Positions 15,411-32,926 of a stretch of 64,000 nt of DNA are shown in pieces. The position numbers were made by a program, and so were the translations under genes. This stretch comes from the human T2T-CHM13v2.0 reference genome, Homo sapiens. The notes below the pieces were generated by a model that saw nothing but the letters and a program-made list of their open reading frames with translations, made no database searches and had not been told where the DNA came from. How positions within the stretch are numbered: the first letter of the stretch is position 1; each line of letters begins with the position of its first letter. The DNA lies in NCBI RefSeq assembly GCF_009914755.1, contig NC_060926.1. One strand, given 5' to 3'.

Positions 15411-16494
15411 AATTAAATATTTCCAGCAGATAAGATAACAAATCAACTAAAGTACTCATTAAAATCCAACACAAATTATGGTTAGCAAATACCCTGCTGG
15501 CAACTTTCAAAGACTATATGTGTAGTCATTTCTTTTTTGCCAAAATTCAATATAATTTTTCCCTCAACTGAATATTAGAATAAATATTTAAAATATAAGC
15601 AGCAGAAATGGAGACATACTTCATTATGGAGGAGATACAGTGATTCAAGTCAGAATTGGCTGATGAGGAATTTAAAAAAAACTTTAGTTAGGCAACCGAT
15701 TAGAGGTTGCCTTTTCGACAGAAATATTTTAGTTATAATACATTAATATAGGGAAGAAAGGACATTGATAGCATTCCAAAGCTATCAGTGAAAAGGGGTA
15801 GTATTTTCAGTGATTTATGTACTGGGCTTTTCTAATTTTCAGATCAAAGAATTTTCTTTCTATATCATTTTTAACATGCCACTAATAAATTTGGTGAATC
15901 AAGTCTTCATCAGTCTGGGAAGCCTCATTGCTATCTCCTGTGCCTTGGGTTGCCTGTAAGCATAGGTCACTTTCTATCTAGGTGTTTCTCAACATCCAGA
16001 CATTAAATGGTAATCCTGTTTAAGCATCACATCATGCTGGAAGGCTCTGAGTGAATATACATTTACCTTTGTTGTGTAAAACCAAACGCTGAATCTGTCC
16101 AGACTCAGAACTAATACTTGGGTATACCGCATATTAAAATGGATAAATTAGGACTCAGAAACACCATTTCTGTGGATAGAATAAACAAATTCTAAAGATA
16201 GAAATATCAGTACCATCGTGTGCTTTATAATTCTGAATTACAGTTTTGCAGAGTTTGTGGGAACCTTGGATATTATTTGGTCCAATCTCTCATTTTACAG
16301 ACATGGAGCCTAAGACATCAAGAGAGGATAAGTGACTCATTTATTGCCTTAGAAATATAAATGCCAGCTCAGAGAAACAGCATTCCATGCAGTTTCTTAT
16401 TTGGCAATATTACGGGTTTGATGTGGTTAGATATACTGATTGCTGTTTTTTGTTTGGCTGTTTTTTTTTTTTTTTGTGGGGGGCATTTATTACA

Positions 16495-16648
16495 TACAGC
16501 TTTGCTGTCTAAGTAGATTGTAAACTATTGAGGAGAAGGATTACATGTTGTTAAGATCTGTACAATAGCACCAAATACCATCTCAAATTGATGCCTAATC
16601 CCAGGTCTAATACTTATTAAGAATTCAATAAATTGCTGAATAATTTAT
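16495..16648 (+). mobile_element. L2 3' end
   Basis: tagattgtaaactattgaggagaagg...aagaattcaataaattgctgaata. Confidence 0.5.
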
Positions 16649-19169
16649 TTTTGGAGGAGCAGCTGTAGAAATTTTATGTTTTTAAAACAGAAAAGCAATA
16701 GAAATAGACAGTAATGCCATAAATACTGGTGATAGAGGTGAGAGAGTAGCAAAACCATTTCAGGGAATACTGCAGAAATCATCCATAATGCCTTTTTTGT
16801 ATATAGAGCTACCTAAGAGCAAATATGCCCAGATTTAAGGAAAGAGCATGTTAGGCTCATTTTATGAGTAATCAAGAATTCTGCCTAAGGAAAACTGAGG
16901 CTTCAATTAATTTCTTTTCTGAAAAGATGATATCAAATTAAACTTCTGTTTGGAAGTTGTCTTATTTTGTATATTTAAACAATAATTCTTGCTTTTCATT
17001 TATCTTCTCATGAATCAGCTGTTTTAGAACTGTAGCATATATAAGGAAAAGAATAGCTGGATGCACTTAGTTTGAAAGGATGAGTTATTGATCACCTTTC
17101 TTGAAAAAAAAAAAACTGATAGGCAGGAGGATACTCTGGAAGCTGCTGGAGAAAGGGATTATATAAGTCAGGACTGGTTTGCCTGAACCATGTAAACAAA
17201 TGAGCTTCCAAATCTCAATGATTCAGAGAACAGAGGCTTATATTTTGTACATGCTTACTGTCCAGACCAACTTTCCTGCTTGGAAAAGTGTTGCATTCCA
17301 CCTCCTCATCAGCCTAGGCTTTTACAATCCCAGGAGCCCTTGCATTAAATTCTTAGAACTGGAATATCACTCCATATCTACTCACATTTTACTAATAGAA
17401 GCAAGTCACATGATTCTACCTAACTTGAAGCTGGTAGGGAGGTACCTTTTATTTTATGCCCTGAAATAGAAGAAAACTGAATATCAGTGAACAACCTATT
17501 GTCTTTGATAGAGATGCATGTATATTACTGATTTTATGTTTGCTCAGGCTTGAGACAGGAGACAAAGGCGACTATTATCCTCCTTAAAGGTAACACATAC
17601 CCTCACGTGGTTAAAGGAAATTATTCCACAGTGACCTCAGATTTATTTTGAATAAATAAAAAATAAGAAGGTGGCCTTTTGTTTCTCAATCACAGTTCAA
17701 GCCTGTCTATAATTTCATGGCATTTCCCATGAAGATAAAAGTTACTTGTTACATGTCAAAGGCAAAGATTGTTAGTCCTCCTTTGGTCTAGAAATGCTAA
17801 ATTACTTAGAAAATGGCAAAAGTAGTTTCTTGGCAATTTTTATGAATCTAGTTTCTCAGGTTGTCTAATGTAATGTCACTATTGCTAGGAATCAATTAAC
17901 TACTAGAAATCAGATGAACTGATAGCTTTAATATGTATGTCTGTGAGTGTGTGTGTGTGTAACAATAACACAACCCCTGGATTAGTAAGGTTAAAAAAAT
18001 GAGAAGGGGGGAGATCTCTTTTTTTTCTTTTAAAAACCACCACATTAAAAAAAACTTGTCTTACACTAATACAATCAATATTTACAACCAATTATTAATA
18101 AACGAAACCTATGGTCCCTCTAGAACTTTTCATTTTTCTTCATTTTTGCCATGGTTTTCCCCTATCACTTTGCCAGTTGTGTCTCTATACACTACTAAAT
18201 TTTTGCTATGGCCTCAAATATGAATGTATTATTGCCTATACAATAATAGAGTATACTAGAGTGTCTCTTATTTAGGTCTGTGGTCAAAATTCACAGTACA
18301 AATTTGTAAAAATATATGTCAAATATTCATAAAAATAGCAGGTGAAATATGCAGCTCCGAGAAATTAAATAACTTGGCAAAACTTCCATGGAGAGTAAGT
18401 GGCAGAGTTAGGGTTTGAACTCAGATCTCCTATGTCTGTATCTGGGAAATGTAAATTTAAGGAATATTGACTTTAGCTTGTTTAAATATTTTTTCCTATT
18501 GCTTTCCTAAGACATGTAATACCTTTCTTTTCTAAAAATGAAATGATATATTTTAAAATCTTTAAAAGGTATTTTCCATGTGTAATCAAATGGTTATTTT
18601 TTGAGCTGCATAATTTCAGATTTCTTGTCTTTATAATAAAAGTAGCTCTCACTTTATGCTAAGAATAAATGTCTCCAAAGGACATACAGAAGAAATATGT
18701 ATGATATGAATGTCTTTAAATTTGCTGCTTGTAGCCATCAGGGATTTTTGAATTTGTGGAATGAACATTCCAAATTCCAACCATTCTTAAAGTATTAAAA
18801 TTATCTATCTAGTTGAATGATCCTCCTAAATGGTCATAAGATAATAATTTCTTTTAAATATTATATTTTACTTACTTCAGTTAAGTAAAAATGGGATATG
18901 AGATTTATTTACTTGTTCTTGTCCAATCACTATATAGTGAAGTATATATTTATGTAATTAAAAGAGGCTTTAATTGAAGTTTTAACTTACTGTGTGAAAA
19001 GAAAATATCATGACTATTTTTGGATGACAAAATCAATTTGACAAAGGAAAGGAACATAGCTTCATAAGGTTATTTTGTGCATTCTTTTCTGAGTAAAGAC
19101 TTTGCAGGCAGAACTTATTTATGTGTTGGAAATTGCATCTCATTTCTCACCTCAGGTGTCTCTCCACAG

Positions 19170-19299
19170 GTGCCAACTGTAATACATCAGTAGCTGAACA
19201 GCTCATTGCCCTCAAGTGTTCTTGCTCATGCCTGGCTGAGTTATTGAAGAAATTGCTCAGATCTCAAGCCCTTGTAGATCACTGGTCCTGGCAGATGTT
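19170..19299 (+). other. Candidate 130-nt exon of an unidentified transcript
   Basis: Acceptor gtgtctctccacag| and donor |gtaagt in apparently non-repeat sequence. One frame is open throughout (ORF 19121-19303). No recognisable protein. Confidence 0.3.
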
Positions 19300-19639
19300 G
19301 TAAGTTTGGTTTCTTCTCAGCTCCTGTTTCTTTCATCAAAGAGCCACTGTTAGTTGATACAGTAAAAATTGGTGAATCAGTCAATTAACAATCTTTACTG
19401 TCTGCATAAAGGAGAAAAAAGACTCATTATTATTCCAGTATGGAAATCTCTACCATCTATTTGAATTGAGTGATTCAAGATCCTCAATACATTATATTAT
19501 GTTATTTCTGAAAGAAAACCCATTAGGTTACACCACCTAGAATATACTCACTTTCTGGCCCATTTTTAATGCCTGGTTGGCTGACAAAAGGCCACAAAAT
19601 CTCCAGGGCTTTTGTATCCTATTTACTCTGTGCATGGCA

Positions 19640-19990
19640 GACATTTGTATCAATGACCATGTATTTCCAAGCATTAGAGCATTTCACGTCTCTGCCCCCT
19701 TGGAAAGTAGGCATGACCATATTACTTCTTTTGACCAAAAAAAATTGTGGATCTCCTTCCTAATTGGAAGCTTTAAGAGCTAGTATGCAATTCTCCATAG
19801 TCTATCCTCCTATTTCAACAGTCTTGGAAGTATATTTCAAAATGAAGCCTCCAATATTCTAGATTCCAGAGTAACTGTGATGAGTAAAACCCCCAGCTCA
19901 TCCAAGTCAGATGTGAGTGTGTGTGTTAGAAATATAGTTATGTTGTGTTCATGCACTTACCTCAGCATAACCTGCTATTTTGACAGATAA
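19640..19990 (+). mobile_element. MLT1 (I/J-like) MaLR LTR
   Basis: tggaagctttaagagctagtatgcaattctcc...ttccagagtaactgtgatgag...cagcataacctgctattttgacagata resembles old MLT1 LTRs. Confidence 0.55.
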
Positions 19991-20489
19991 ACTGTGTTTT
20001 CCCAGAGTTTGTGCTATAACCTAAATGAGCTGGAGTCCTGGAGGTGCACTGGGACTGTACTGAAATGTAGCACTGCGTCTGCATCAGGTTTTATTTATGT
20101 GAAGTTAAGCTCAGAGAAATTGGTTGTTTCCATTAGCAACTTGCTCCTTATTAACCTCCCAAATGATATTAAAAATACAAAGTATGCTTCCTAGTCAGAG
20201 AGCTAGAAAGTCAATTGAATATTCATGCTGTTCCTTTCTTCTCCAAGTCCGCCCATATCCTCGACTACTCTTCTTCAGGAAAAGCTTCACAGAGCTGGAG
20301 ACTGTGTGTTCCTTCTTCAAGCAGCATCGATGTTTTCCTGATGGTGCTCAGTGAATTCTGACCGCACTCTCTGGAATCTTACTTTTTCATGACGCTAGCT
20401 GTCTCATCTCAAGAAAGCCTGGGTGGCTTTCTCTTGATCTTTTATTACACATTTCCTTATTCCTTAAAAATAACTCAAATGCAGTTTTA

Positions 20490-20700
20490 AAACAGCTGAC
20501 TCTGAAGCCAGATTAGGTGGATCCCAATTTTGGCTCTTGTGTTTGCTAACTTTAGGACACCCTAGACAATTTTATTAAGCTTCTGTGTTTTTCATTTTTA
20601 TATAAGAATAAAGGAACAGCATTTTCTAACTCATAGGAGAGCTATGTTACAGATTAAATGAGTTAATTAGCATTTACACATTAAATGCTCTAATTACCAC
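20490..20700 (+). mobile_element. MIR SINE
   Basis: gactctgaagccagattaggtggatcccaattttggctct...ctaactcatagg...agattaaatgagttaat. Confidence 0.65.
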
Positions 20701-21488
20701 CTATGTCAACCCTTTGGAATACATGAGGCTGGCTATTGTCTTTGCATTTCATTCTAGGACTGCATATGATATAATCCACACTGTTACATAATCCACATTA
20801 TTGCAAACATACATTAATTTTCTTCTTTCATGAAATTAAAGTAGGAACTCCTTAAGCTTAGCAAATAGTGCTTTTTCCACTCTGCCTACCAGCCTTTGTC
20901 ACAAAGGCCTCTTTTTCATAGTTTACTAAATAACGGACAGGCTAGCCCAGGATGTCATAGACACATGTTGCTTTGCTGGGGATATATGTCATAGGCTGTT
21001 TTCATTCAGAAAATTCAAAACTCATTGCGTAATCTTGCCTTTTTTGACCAACCTTTAAATAATTAATGAAAATCAATTATTTCATTATACTATTAAGGTC
21101 TCTCACTTGGCGGAATAATATCTTCAAAGCTTTGATTATCTAATCACAACTCTACATTTTAGTGGAGCAAGCCTGGTATGCAACACAGCAGGGTTTTTAA
21201 AGACTTCAATATGATGTCCTTCCACAGGAGAAGATTGTTTTATTTTTCTGGTTTTAATTTTGTAATTCTTAATTGATTACTCATTTGAATGTTGTACATA
21301 ATAATTTCTTACTATGTGGGCTGTTTTGTCCAATTAAAATCATTCAAGTCTCTGCTTTGGAATAAGCTTCAACAAAAGGTAGAGGGAAGGTTTATCATTA
21401 ATTTTACAATTTGTGTCTTTGAAGATGTAATTACCTAAATTGTTTGGTTTAAAAATTCCTATGTGTTTGATGCACAGAAAATATTTCC

Positions 21489-21532
21489 ATATATATGTAT
21501 ATATATATACACACATATATATATATATACAC
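21489..21532. repeat. (TA)n/(CA)n microsatellite
   Basis: Direct reading of the sequence. Confidence 0.85.
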
Positions 21533-22515
21533 AAATTTTGTTTTATATTCAGAATATAAATGTTTTTGAAATAAAATAGTATAGGAGACATCAGACAAAC
21601 ACAAGAATATGACATAAATTATAGAAGTCATTTGTCTGAATAAGAAAGAACATTTTGATTTAGGAGATAATTTTAAATTAAGAGTCTACTTTCCATTCAG
21701 AGAATAATTATAATAAAGTTACATTAAGATTCTTATGTCAAAATCATAGTGGCAATGTTAGATTCCTGGAATGTCTCTTCTATGACTCATTATCTTCTCA
21801 AGAAATAAATGGAGATGTAACAAGTAGTGAAATCTATCTGAAGTAAGCCACTAAGATATTTTATTCATCCTGAAGTTCATATGTTTGACAGCCGTTAGAT
21901 TATCATTACTGTGAGAAAAATTGGAAAGTGTGGGATCTTTGGTAGTTTGTCTTTTTCCCGGCTCCAGAGATTATGCTGGTATCCCATCAGTCAGCATAAT
22001 TCCATTGAATTTTTGTTCTAGGTACAGGCTTCACTATACACAGGGTTTTGTAGAAGAGTGTGTAAGGTTTTATTTGTTCATGTGTTTGCCTGTTTTGGTT
22101 TCCAAAGCTATCAGGCCACGATCAAGCAGAAGGCAGAAGAGAAACACCCAGATTAGTAATCCATGATTTTTGTGGCTACTGTTGCTCTTCGCTATTTGCC
22201 AATGCAGAAGTAGAACTGAGAGATTGGATTTTTACAACGTCATCCGCTTGGGGTATAAATGTTGTCATTCAAGGCACACCTGTGTGGTGTTTTAGTAAAA
22301 CCCTCATATCCTGAGTAGAGATCCAAACTATTAACATCATTGGGACAATAATTAAATAGCAATAAGCAGGCACTTGTGCAAACTTTGGCTTAATATCGAG
22401 TAACTTGTTTCTAGGCCACCGTAGAAATAGTTCAATCTTCAAAACTGGATTAAGGCATTCTGTAAGGTTTTAGCACCCCTGGGCACCAAAAAGGAGCAAA
22501 TAAAAGTTCTCAATA

Positions 22516-22845
<330 letters not shown>

Positions 22846-22889
22846 TCAATAAACAATATCATAGGTCACATGTTTTTTGTCATGATTTT

Positions 22890-23815
22890 TCAAACTTAAC
22901 CAAAAATAACTAGAGACACAGAGAGGCAAGGCAACATGAATAAGAATCATTACATACAATAGACAATAACTATATGTAGCTAGAAATTAGAACTATACTA
23001 CACAGAATTTGGAAAAACTACACTTCTTATGTTTGCAAACTAAAATACAAAATTAAAGCAGTTTTTAGGGAGCTGTCAACTATTTTTTGAATGCTTATCA
23101 GATATTTTAAAGAACCAAGTAAGATTTCTAGGACAGCAAACAAAATAATAACCACAATTAAAAATAAAACTTGATTGAAAACAATAGATATCTCTGAAAA
23201 AGAATTAGTGAACTGGAATATAAGTGAAGGGAAAATATCCAAAATAAAGCTCAAAGAAATAAATGCATGAAGTAGAGAGATGTTACAAGGATAAGGTATA
23301 CAATAGGAAGGTCAAGCATCTAATTATTCAAAATGCTAAAATGAGAAGAGAGAATGGAAAAGAGGTAATATATGAAGAAGTAACACCTGAAGTTTTCAAA
23401 ATTTGTGAAACAAATCTAAGCACATATTGAATAAATCAAACAAAAATAAAAACAAACAAAACAAAAAACCCTCAAGGCAACAAATAAAAAGAAACTACAT
23501 GCAAAAACACATCACTAAAAATTTGTAGAACATCTAAGGAAAGGAAAAAGTGTTGACTATCTTCAAAGGAGAAATATTTAGACTTTGTAACTGAGAAAAT
23601 AAAACATAAATCTACAATGTGCTGAAAGACTTGTATATTTAGGGAAAACATCCCTCCAGAACAAAGGTGGCACACAAAAGTTAACAGGACTTTGTCACAA
23701 GAAAAACTTCATTAAAAGAAATAATAAAAAGTGCTTTAAGTGGAAGCAAAATGACACCAAATGAAAGTTCAAGGATGCAGAATGAAATTAACAGCAATGA
23801 AATTGCAAATAAACT
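22890..23815 (+). mobile_element. Old L1M ORF1-region fragment
   Basis: A-rich with gaattagtgaactggaatataagtgaagggaaaatatccaaaataaagc, typical of old L1 ORF1. Confidence 0.55.
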
Positions 23816-23817
23816 TG

Positions 23818-23990
23818 TACACACATACATACATATGCATACATATGTGTATGTGTGTATATATATATATGTATGTTTTACATACATTTTTGTTTATATA
23901 CACACCATTGAAAATACAAAAGTATTATCTCATAAACGCACATATATATGTTTGCACATGTGGCGGTGTTTATGTAAATATATGAATGTA
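23818..23990. repeat. Degenerate (CA/TA/TG)n microsatellite
   Basis: acacatacatacatatgcatacatatgtgtatgtgtgtatatatatatatg. Confidence 0.8.
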
Positions 23991-24124
23991 TTTAATTTAG
24001 TAGAAAGGTAGTAAATAATTTAAAGTTTCTGAAGGACTAAATATCATAAGTGAATAAGATAAAAAAACAAAATTGCACTAGATTATGATATGTCAAGGTT
24101 TCAGATTATAGTTTTGACGCTATT

Positions 24125-24300
24125 CTTTTCAATAGTTTAGTTGCTATTTACATTTAAATGAAGATTAATTAAACTTTAATTAAAAAGTCACACTAGCCAC
24201 ATTTCAAGTGCTCAATAGCCATATGTGGCAAATGACTACCTCATTGGACAGCACAGCCCTAGAACATTTCTGTATGACATAAAGCTTTATTGCAAAGCAT
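24125..24300 (-). mobile_element. MER3-like hAT-Charlie element
   Basis: gtcacactagccacatttcaagtgctcaatagccatatgtggc...ttggacagcacag...tagaacatttc. Confidence 0.75.
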
Positions 24301-25613
24301 TAAATTCAGAGTAATAAATAAAATAACAGAAGTGTATGTGATGTCCCAAATAACTAAAAATAATAATAATTTAAACACCCACCCACATTTTTTCTGGTTT
24401 GGCATGTAAGAAGCTGTTAGTTGTTTCTGCATTCTAAAAACAAATGAAAACTGAACAAACTGAAAAATCAACTACTTTTAGCTCTATCAGAGAGGTGTGG
24501 TCACAGGGAAAACGATTTGCTCCCAAATTGGAAAGACTGATAGCCCTAACCTCTGCAGGAACAAGTGTTGAGGCAGGAGAACTGGAATTATAACTACTGA
24601 GTTACTGGAGGCTCAGCATCCACAAGCCTGAAAGAAAATCTGTAGAGAGACACAATCATAGTGTCTCTTTAGACACTATGACTATAGACAGGAGCTCCGA
24701 TGCTTCTGTGATTTTTACCGCTAAGAGCTGGACCGGGTTGTCACGATGAATATTGATGGCAAACAAACAACAAAACCTTTTGTACCTCTAGAGGGAGAGG
24801 GGTAAAGGAACCATTTAAAAATATGCCAGAGCATTCTGTTCTTAACAAGCTCTGCTCTCAGAAAAAACTAACCGGAGCCTAACCTGCTGGGTTATTAAAG
24901 TCTAACCTTGGAGAATGAAAATTACTCAGCTCTAGTCAGCTTTAGCCTTCCATATAGGAAAAAAAAAGAAAAAAAAGAAAAAGAAACACTCTAGTGACTG
25001 AGTCCCACCAAAGTGGGGAACAGCCCTAAGAAACACATGTGAAGCTCACAGCCTAGAGGTACAAGCTCAATAAAAGACAGACCCACTTAAAGATTTATAG
25101 AACACTCCCACTCTCCCAGGCCTTACCAGTACATCACTGAATGCCTATTTATAGCCTTTCTATTACCCAGTACATCTTATCTAGCCATCAAGAAAAAAAT
25201 TACAAGACATATTAAAAATATTAAAGAGATAGAGCAAATTAAATTAAAAATTAAATAAAATTAAATAAAAAATTAAAGAGACAGACCTAAATATAGCAGA
25301 AATGTCGGCATTATCAGACAGGAATTTAAAATAACTATAATTAAGATGCCAAGAGCTATAATGGATAAAGGACCCAGCATGTAATACCGGATGGACATTG
25401 TACATGGAGATTAAAATTCTTAGAAATAACAAAAATAAATTTTAGAGATCAAAAACACTGTAAGAGAAATCAAGAATGTTTTTGATGGGTTTAGTGGTAA
25501 ACTGAGAATGGCTGAAGAATGAATTTCTGAGCTTGGAGATGTCTCAGTAGAAACCATCAATATTGAAAAGCAAAGGGAAAAAAGTCTGAAAAACAAACAG
25601 ACAAACAGGAAAG

Positions 25614-25812
25614 CTGCCTCACACTTTTAAACAAACAGATCTCACTAGAACTCAATCACTATCTCAAGTACAGTTCCAAGTGGTTGGTACTGAAACAATT
25701 CATGAGAAATTTGCTCCCATGATCCAATCACCTTCCACCAGGCTCCACTTCCAACATTGGGGATTACATTTCAACATGAAATTTGGGCAGGGACAACATC
25801 CCAACTATATCA
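25614..25812 (-). mobile_element. MST (MSTA/B) MaLR LTR fragment
   Basis: cacttttaaacaaacagatctc...catgatccaatcaccttccaccagg...ggggattacatttcaacatgaaatttgggcagggacaacatcccaactatatca. Confidence 0.85.
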
Positions 25813-27773
25813 GACACTGAACCAATAAATAAGAACATATAAAAACAGAAAGCACAAGGCTAATTTGGGTTCAATTGTGAATTCTACTAAACATGTTAGG
25901 AAGAAATTGTACTAATTTCTTACAATCTCTTTAAATATTGAAGTAGAGGAAATACTTCCTAACTCATTTAGGAGGCTGTAATATCAAAACCAAAGATATT
26001 ATAAGAAATGAAAACTAATAGACTAATATCTACTATAAACATAGATGCAAAATCTTCAACAAAATATTAGCAAGTTGAATCCAACATGTATAAGAAGACT
26101 TATACACCACTACCAAGTGGGATTTACTCCCTTTATGCAAAGCTGGTTCAACATCCAAAAACTGATTAACGTAATCTATCATATCTGTTGATATAACATA
26201 ACTACAGTTTAGTGATGTAAGTAAATAAAAAAATTATGTAATCATGTCAGTAGATGCAGAAAAGTGTTTAACAAAATGCAATATTAATTCATAATAAAAA
26301 CTTTCAGTAAAATAGAAAGAGAAGAGATTTTCCTTAACTTGTTAAAGAACAACTACAAAAACCTGCATCTAACAAAATTTTTAACTGTAAAAAAACCAAA
26401 ACTTTCCTGCTATGATCAGAAACAAGGCAAAAGTCTCCTCTCATCACTGCTTTTCAGTGTTATATTGAACATGCTAGCTACTGCAATAAGACAAGAAAAT
26501 AAAATTTAAAAGTATATAGAATGAGAAAAAAAGAAATAAAACTGATTTTTCTCAAAAATGAAATGATTGTTTATGTAGAAAATAAAAGAATTTACCAAAA
26601 AAAAAGAAGAAAAACAGTCCTGGAACTAATAAATTACTTTTCTATATACTAGCAATAAATAAAGAGAATTTGAAATTAAAAAAAAACACAAATCATTTAC
26701 ATTAGTACCCCCAAAATTAAATGCTTAAATATAAATCTAAGAATATATGTACAAGATATGAGAAAAACTATAAAACTTTGATGAAAGACATTAAAGAAAA
26801 ACTAAATAAATGGAACTATATTTTATATTCAGATAGGAGGACTCGGAAATTGTCAAGATACTGGTTCTTCTCAACTTGACCTATAAATAAACTAAGGTAT
26901 TAATACATTAAATACAATTAAATCCCAATAAAAATCCTACAGAGTTATTTTGTAGATAATGATAAACTGATCCTCAAGTTTATATATGGAGAAAAAGGAC
27001 CCAGAAAAATCAACACAAGATTGAAGTAGAACAAAGTTGAAGAACTGATGGTATCTGACTTCAAAACAGACTTTACAGCTGTAGTAATCCAGATAATATA
27101 GTTTTAGTGAAAGTGTAGACAGATAAATGGAACAGAACAGAATTTTCAGATATAGACCCACAGACATATAGACAACTGATTTTTGACAAAGATGGAAAGG
27201 TAATACAAGGGAAATAAGATAAATCTTCAACAAACAATGCTGCAACAACTGGCATGTACATACACACACACACAAAAATGAATCTAGACACAGACCTTCC
27301 ACCCTTCGTAAAAATAAACACAAAATGGAGTGCAGATCTAAATTTTTATATATACAATATGTAAATATATATATTTACATGCAACACCAATCGTAAAATC
27401 TATAAAGAATTGGTAAGCTGGTGATCATTAACATTTCTAAAATATCTGCTCTTTGAAATAAACTGTCAAGAGAATAAAAACACAAGACAAAGACAGGGAG
27501 AAAATATTTGTAAAAAACATATCATATAAAGGACTGCTATCCAAAAGATACAAAAAAATTGTTAAAACTCAACAATAAAGACACAAACCAATTCTATAAT
27601 GGGCGAAAACTTTTGACAGACACCTCACCAAAAAGACATACAGATCCAATTATCATATGAAAAGGCACTCCACATTGTTTGTCTTCAGAAAAATACAAAT
27701 TAAACTAACAATAAAATATCACCACATGCCTGTTAGAATGGCCCAAATCCAGAACACTAAAAGCACCAAATGC

Positions 27774-29853
<2,080 letters not shown>

Positions 29854-30699
29854 AAAGCACCAAATGCTGGCAGAGATGTGGAACAACACGAACTCTCATT
29901 TATGGCTGGCAAGAATGCAAAATAGTACAACCACTTTGGAAGACACTTTGACAGTTTCTTACAAAACTGAATGTATTTTTACCACATGATACAGCCATCA
30001 CATTACTTTGATATATAGCTAAAGGAGTTGAAAACTATGTCCACACCAAAATCCGTTTACAGAATTTTATAGAAGCTTTATTCTTCTATTTTGGCAAAAT
30101 TTGGAAGTAACCAAGATGTCCTTTTGAAAATTAATAGATAAATAAACCTGTACATTCTGTCATTGAAATATTATTCAATATTAAAATGATATGGGCTATA
30201 AAGACATGAAGGAAACTTACAGGAATATTACTGAGTGAAAGAAGCCAATTTGAAATGACTACATACCGTATCATTTCAATTATATGGCATTCTACAAAAA
30301 GATACAACTATGAAGACAGTAAAAAGATCAGTGGTTTTCAGGAATTGGTGAGAGGGATAGATGAGTAAGTGAAGCACATAGGCTTTTTAGGGCAGTAAAA
30401 CTGCTGTTTATGATACTACAATGGTAGATACATGTTTTTATACATTTGTCCAACACCAAGAATGATCCCTAATATGAACTGTGGACTCTAGATGACAATG
30501 ATGTGTCAATGTATGTTCATCACTTGTAACAAATATATCACCTTGGTGGGGAAAGTTGATAATGGGGAAGCTATGCATATGTGGAGGCAGTAGATACATG
30601 GGAAATTTTTCCCTTTCACTCAATTTTGTTGTAAACCTAAAACTTCTCTGCAAAATAAAATCTCTTACATGCACATAAACACATAATCTTAAACAGATC

Positions 30700-31575
30700 A
30701 AGAAAGTAAATGTATACCAAACTGAAAGTAGAAATAGAAAATATATAATGAGGTAATAGATTTAATATCATAATTTTGGCTATCACCTTAATGTAGATGG
30801 ACTAAGTTCTTCCAATTAAAAATCAAATATTATCAGATTGGGTAAAATAATAAAACTCAACTCAAATGTTTCCTGTGAGAGCCACTTGAAACATTAGCCT
30901 GTGAAAGCATAAAAATACAGGAGAGAAAATATTATATCATCCCAACCAGCAAAAGATAGCATATATTAATATCTTAATTAATTCATAGCTATATTAAGCT
31001 AATAAAATAAACATTAAGTCATAAAGCATTGCTAGAAATAAAAAAGACTTGTTAATTATAAAAATATTTTACTAGTAAGCTAAAATAATTTTAAATGTGT
31101 ATGCATTTAATAACCTAAATTGAAATGTGTGAAGCATATCTTCCAGAATTTTTAAAAGAAGCCAAAGAGGCAAAGCTATAATGAAGAGTTTTAACATGTT
31201 TTTTAGCTGCTGATAGAATAGAGAAATAACATCAGTAAGGTTAAAGAAGATGTGAATCAGGAAATTAACATAATTGACCTTACAGAAAAATTCAGAGGAA
31301 CATTTTTACAAATGCAGAAGGAAAGAGATTTAATGCACACAGGGAATGTTTACAAAAATTATCTATTTAATGAGAAATAGAATAAATCATAATGCATATC
31401 AAATAATTTCAACTGGAGAAAAATTTCTGTGGCCATAATGCTATTAATCCAGAAATTAAACAGTTGCAAGTTTCCCACCTTCTTAAATGTTTGGAAGTTA
31501 AGAAATGTCCACAAAGTAATACTCCTTGGTCAAAGACAACGTGACGATGAAATTCGAGGAAATATTTGATCTTTT
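30700..31575 (+). mobile_element. Old L1M ORF2 endonuclease-region fragment
   Basis: tcaccttaatgtagatggactaagttcttccaattaaaaatcaaatattatcagattggg and tttaaatgtgtatgcatttaataac. Confidence 0.6.
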
Positions 31576-31762
31576 TGAATCCTAAATATACATGCACCTA
31601 ACACTGGAGCTCCCAAATTTATAAAATGGTTACTACTAGACCTAAGAAGTGAGAGAGACAGCAACACAACAATAGTGGGGAACTTCAACACTTCACTGAC
31701 AGCACTAGGCAAGTCATCAAAACAGAAAGCCAACAAATAAACAATGAATTTAAACTAGACAC

Positions 31763-32036
<274 letters not shown>

Positions 32037-32343
32037 GGCCGGGTGCAGTGGCTCATGCCTGTAATCCCTACACTTTGGGAGTCTGAGGCAGGAGGATCAC
32101 CTGAGGTCAGGAGTTCGAGATCAGCCTGGCCAACATGATGAAATCCCATCTGTACTAAAAACGCAAAGAATTAGCTGGACATGGTGGTGCATGCCTGTAA
32201 TCCCAGCTACTCAAGAGGCCAAGGCAAGAGAGTCACTTGAACCCAGGAGGCGGAGGTTGCAGTGAATTGAGAGATTGTGCCACTGCACACCACCCTGGGC
32301 AACAAGAATGAAAATCTGTCTCAAATAATAATAATAATAAGAA
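32037..32343 (+). mobile_element. Alu (AluSq/Sx-like) inserted into the tail of the preceding Alu
   Basis: Full dimer with (TAA)n tail. aaagtaaataaata before and aaagtaaaataaata after act as a TSD. Confidence 0.9.
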
Positions 32344-32736
32344 GAAAGTAAAATAAATAAATAAATAAACAAACTATACCCTAGAACAAATGGACTTAAT
32401 AGATATTTACAGAGCATTTTACTCAACAACTGCAGTATATACGTTCTATTCATCAGCACATGCAACATTCTCCAAGATAGACCATAAGATAGGCCACAAA
32501 ACAAGTCTCAAGTAATTTAAGTAAATTGAAATTATATCAAGTACTCTTTCAGACCAAAGTGGAATAAAATTGGAAATCAACTCCAAAAGGAACCCTCAAA
32601 ACCATGCAAATACATGGAAATTAAATAACCTGCTCCTGAATGATCATTGGGTAAACAAGAAAATCAAGATTGATATTAAAAATTCCTTGAAGTGAACAAT
32701 AATAGTGATGCCATCTATCAAAACCTCTGGATACAT

Positions 32737-32850
32737 AGTAGTATTCCATTATATATATGAGATATCATATATATATATCTCATATATATATATATACCAC
32801 AGATTATTTATATACTCATTGATTGATCAGCATTTGGTCTGGTTCCATAT
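32737..32850 (-). mobile_element. L1PB-like piece B (end of ORF2, inverted, with internal TA tract)
   Basis: agtagtattccatt...ccacagattatttatatactcattgattgatcagcatttggtctggttccatat. Confidence 0.75.
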
Positions 32851-32926
32851 GTATATAGTATATAATACATACTATATGTGTGTGTGTGTATATGTGTATA
32901 CATATATATATATAAAATGAAATACT

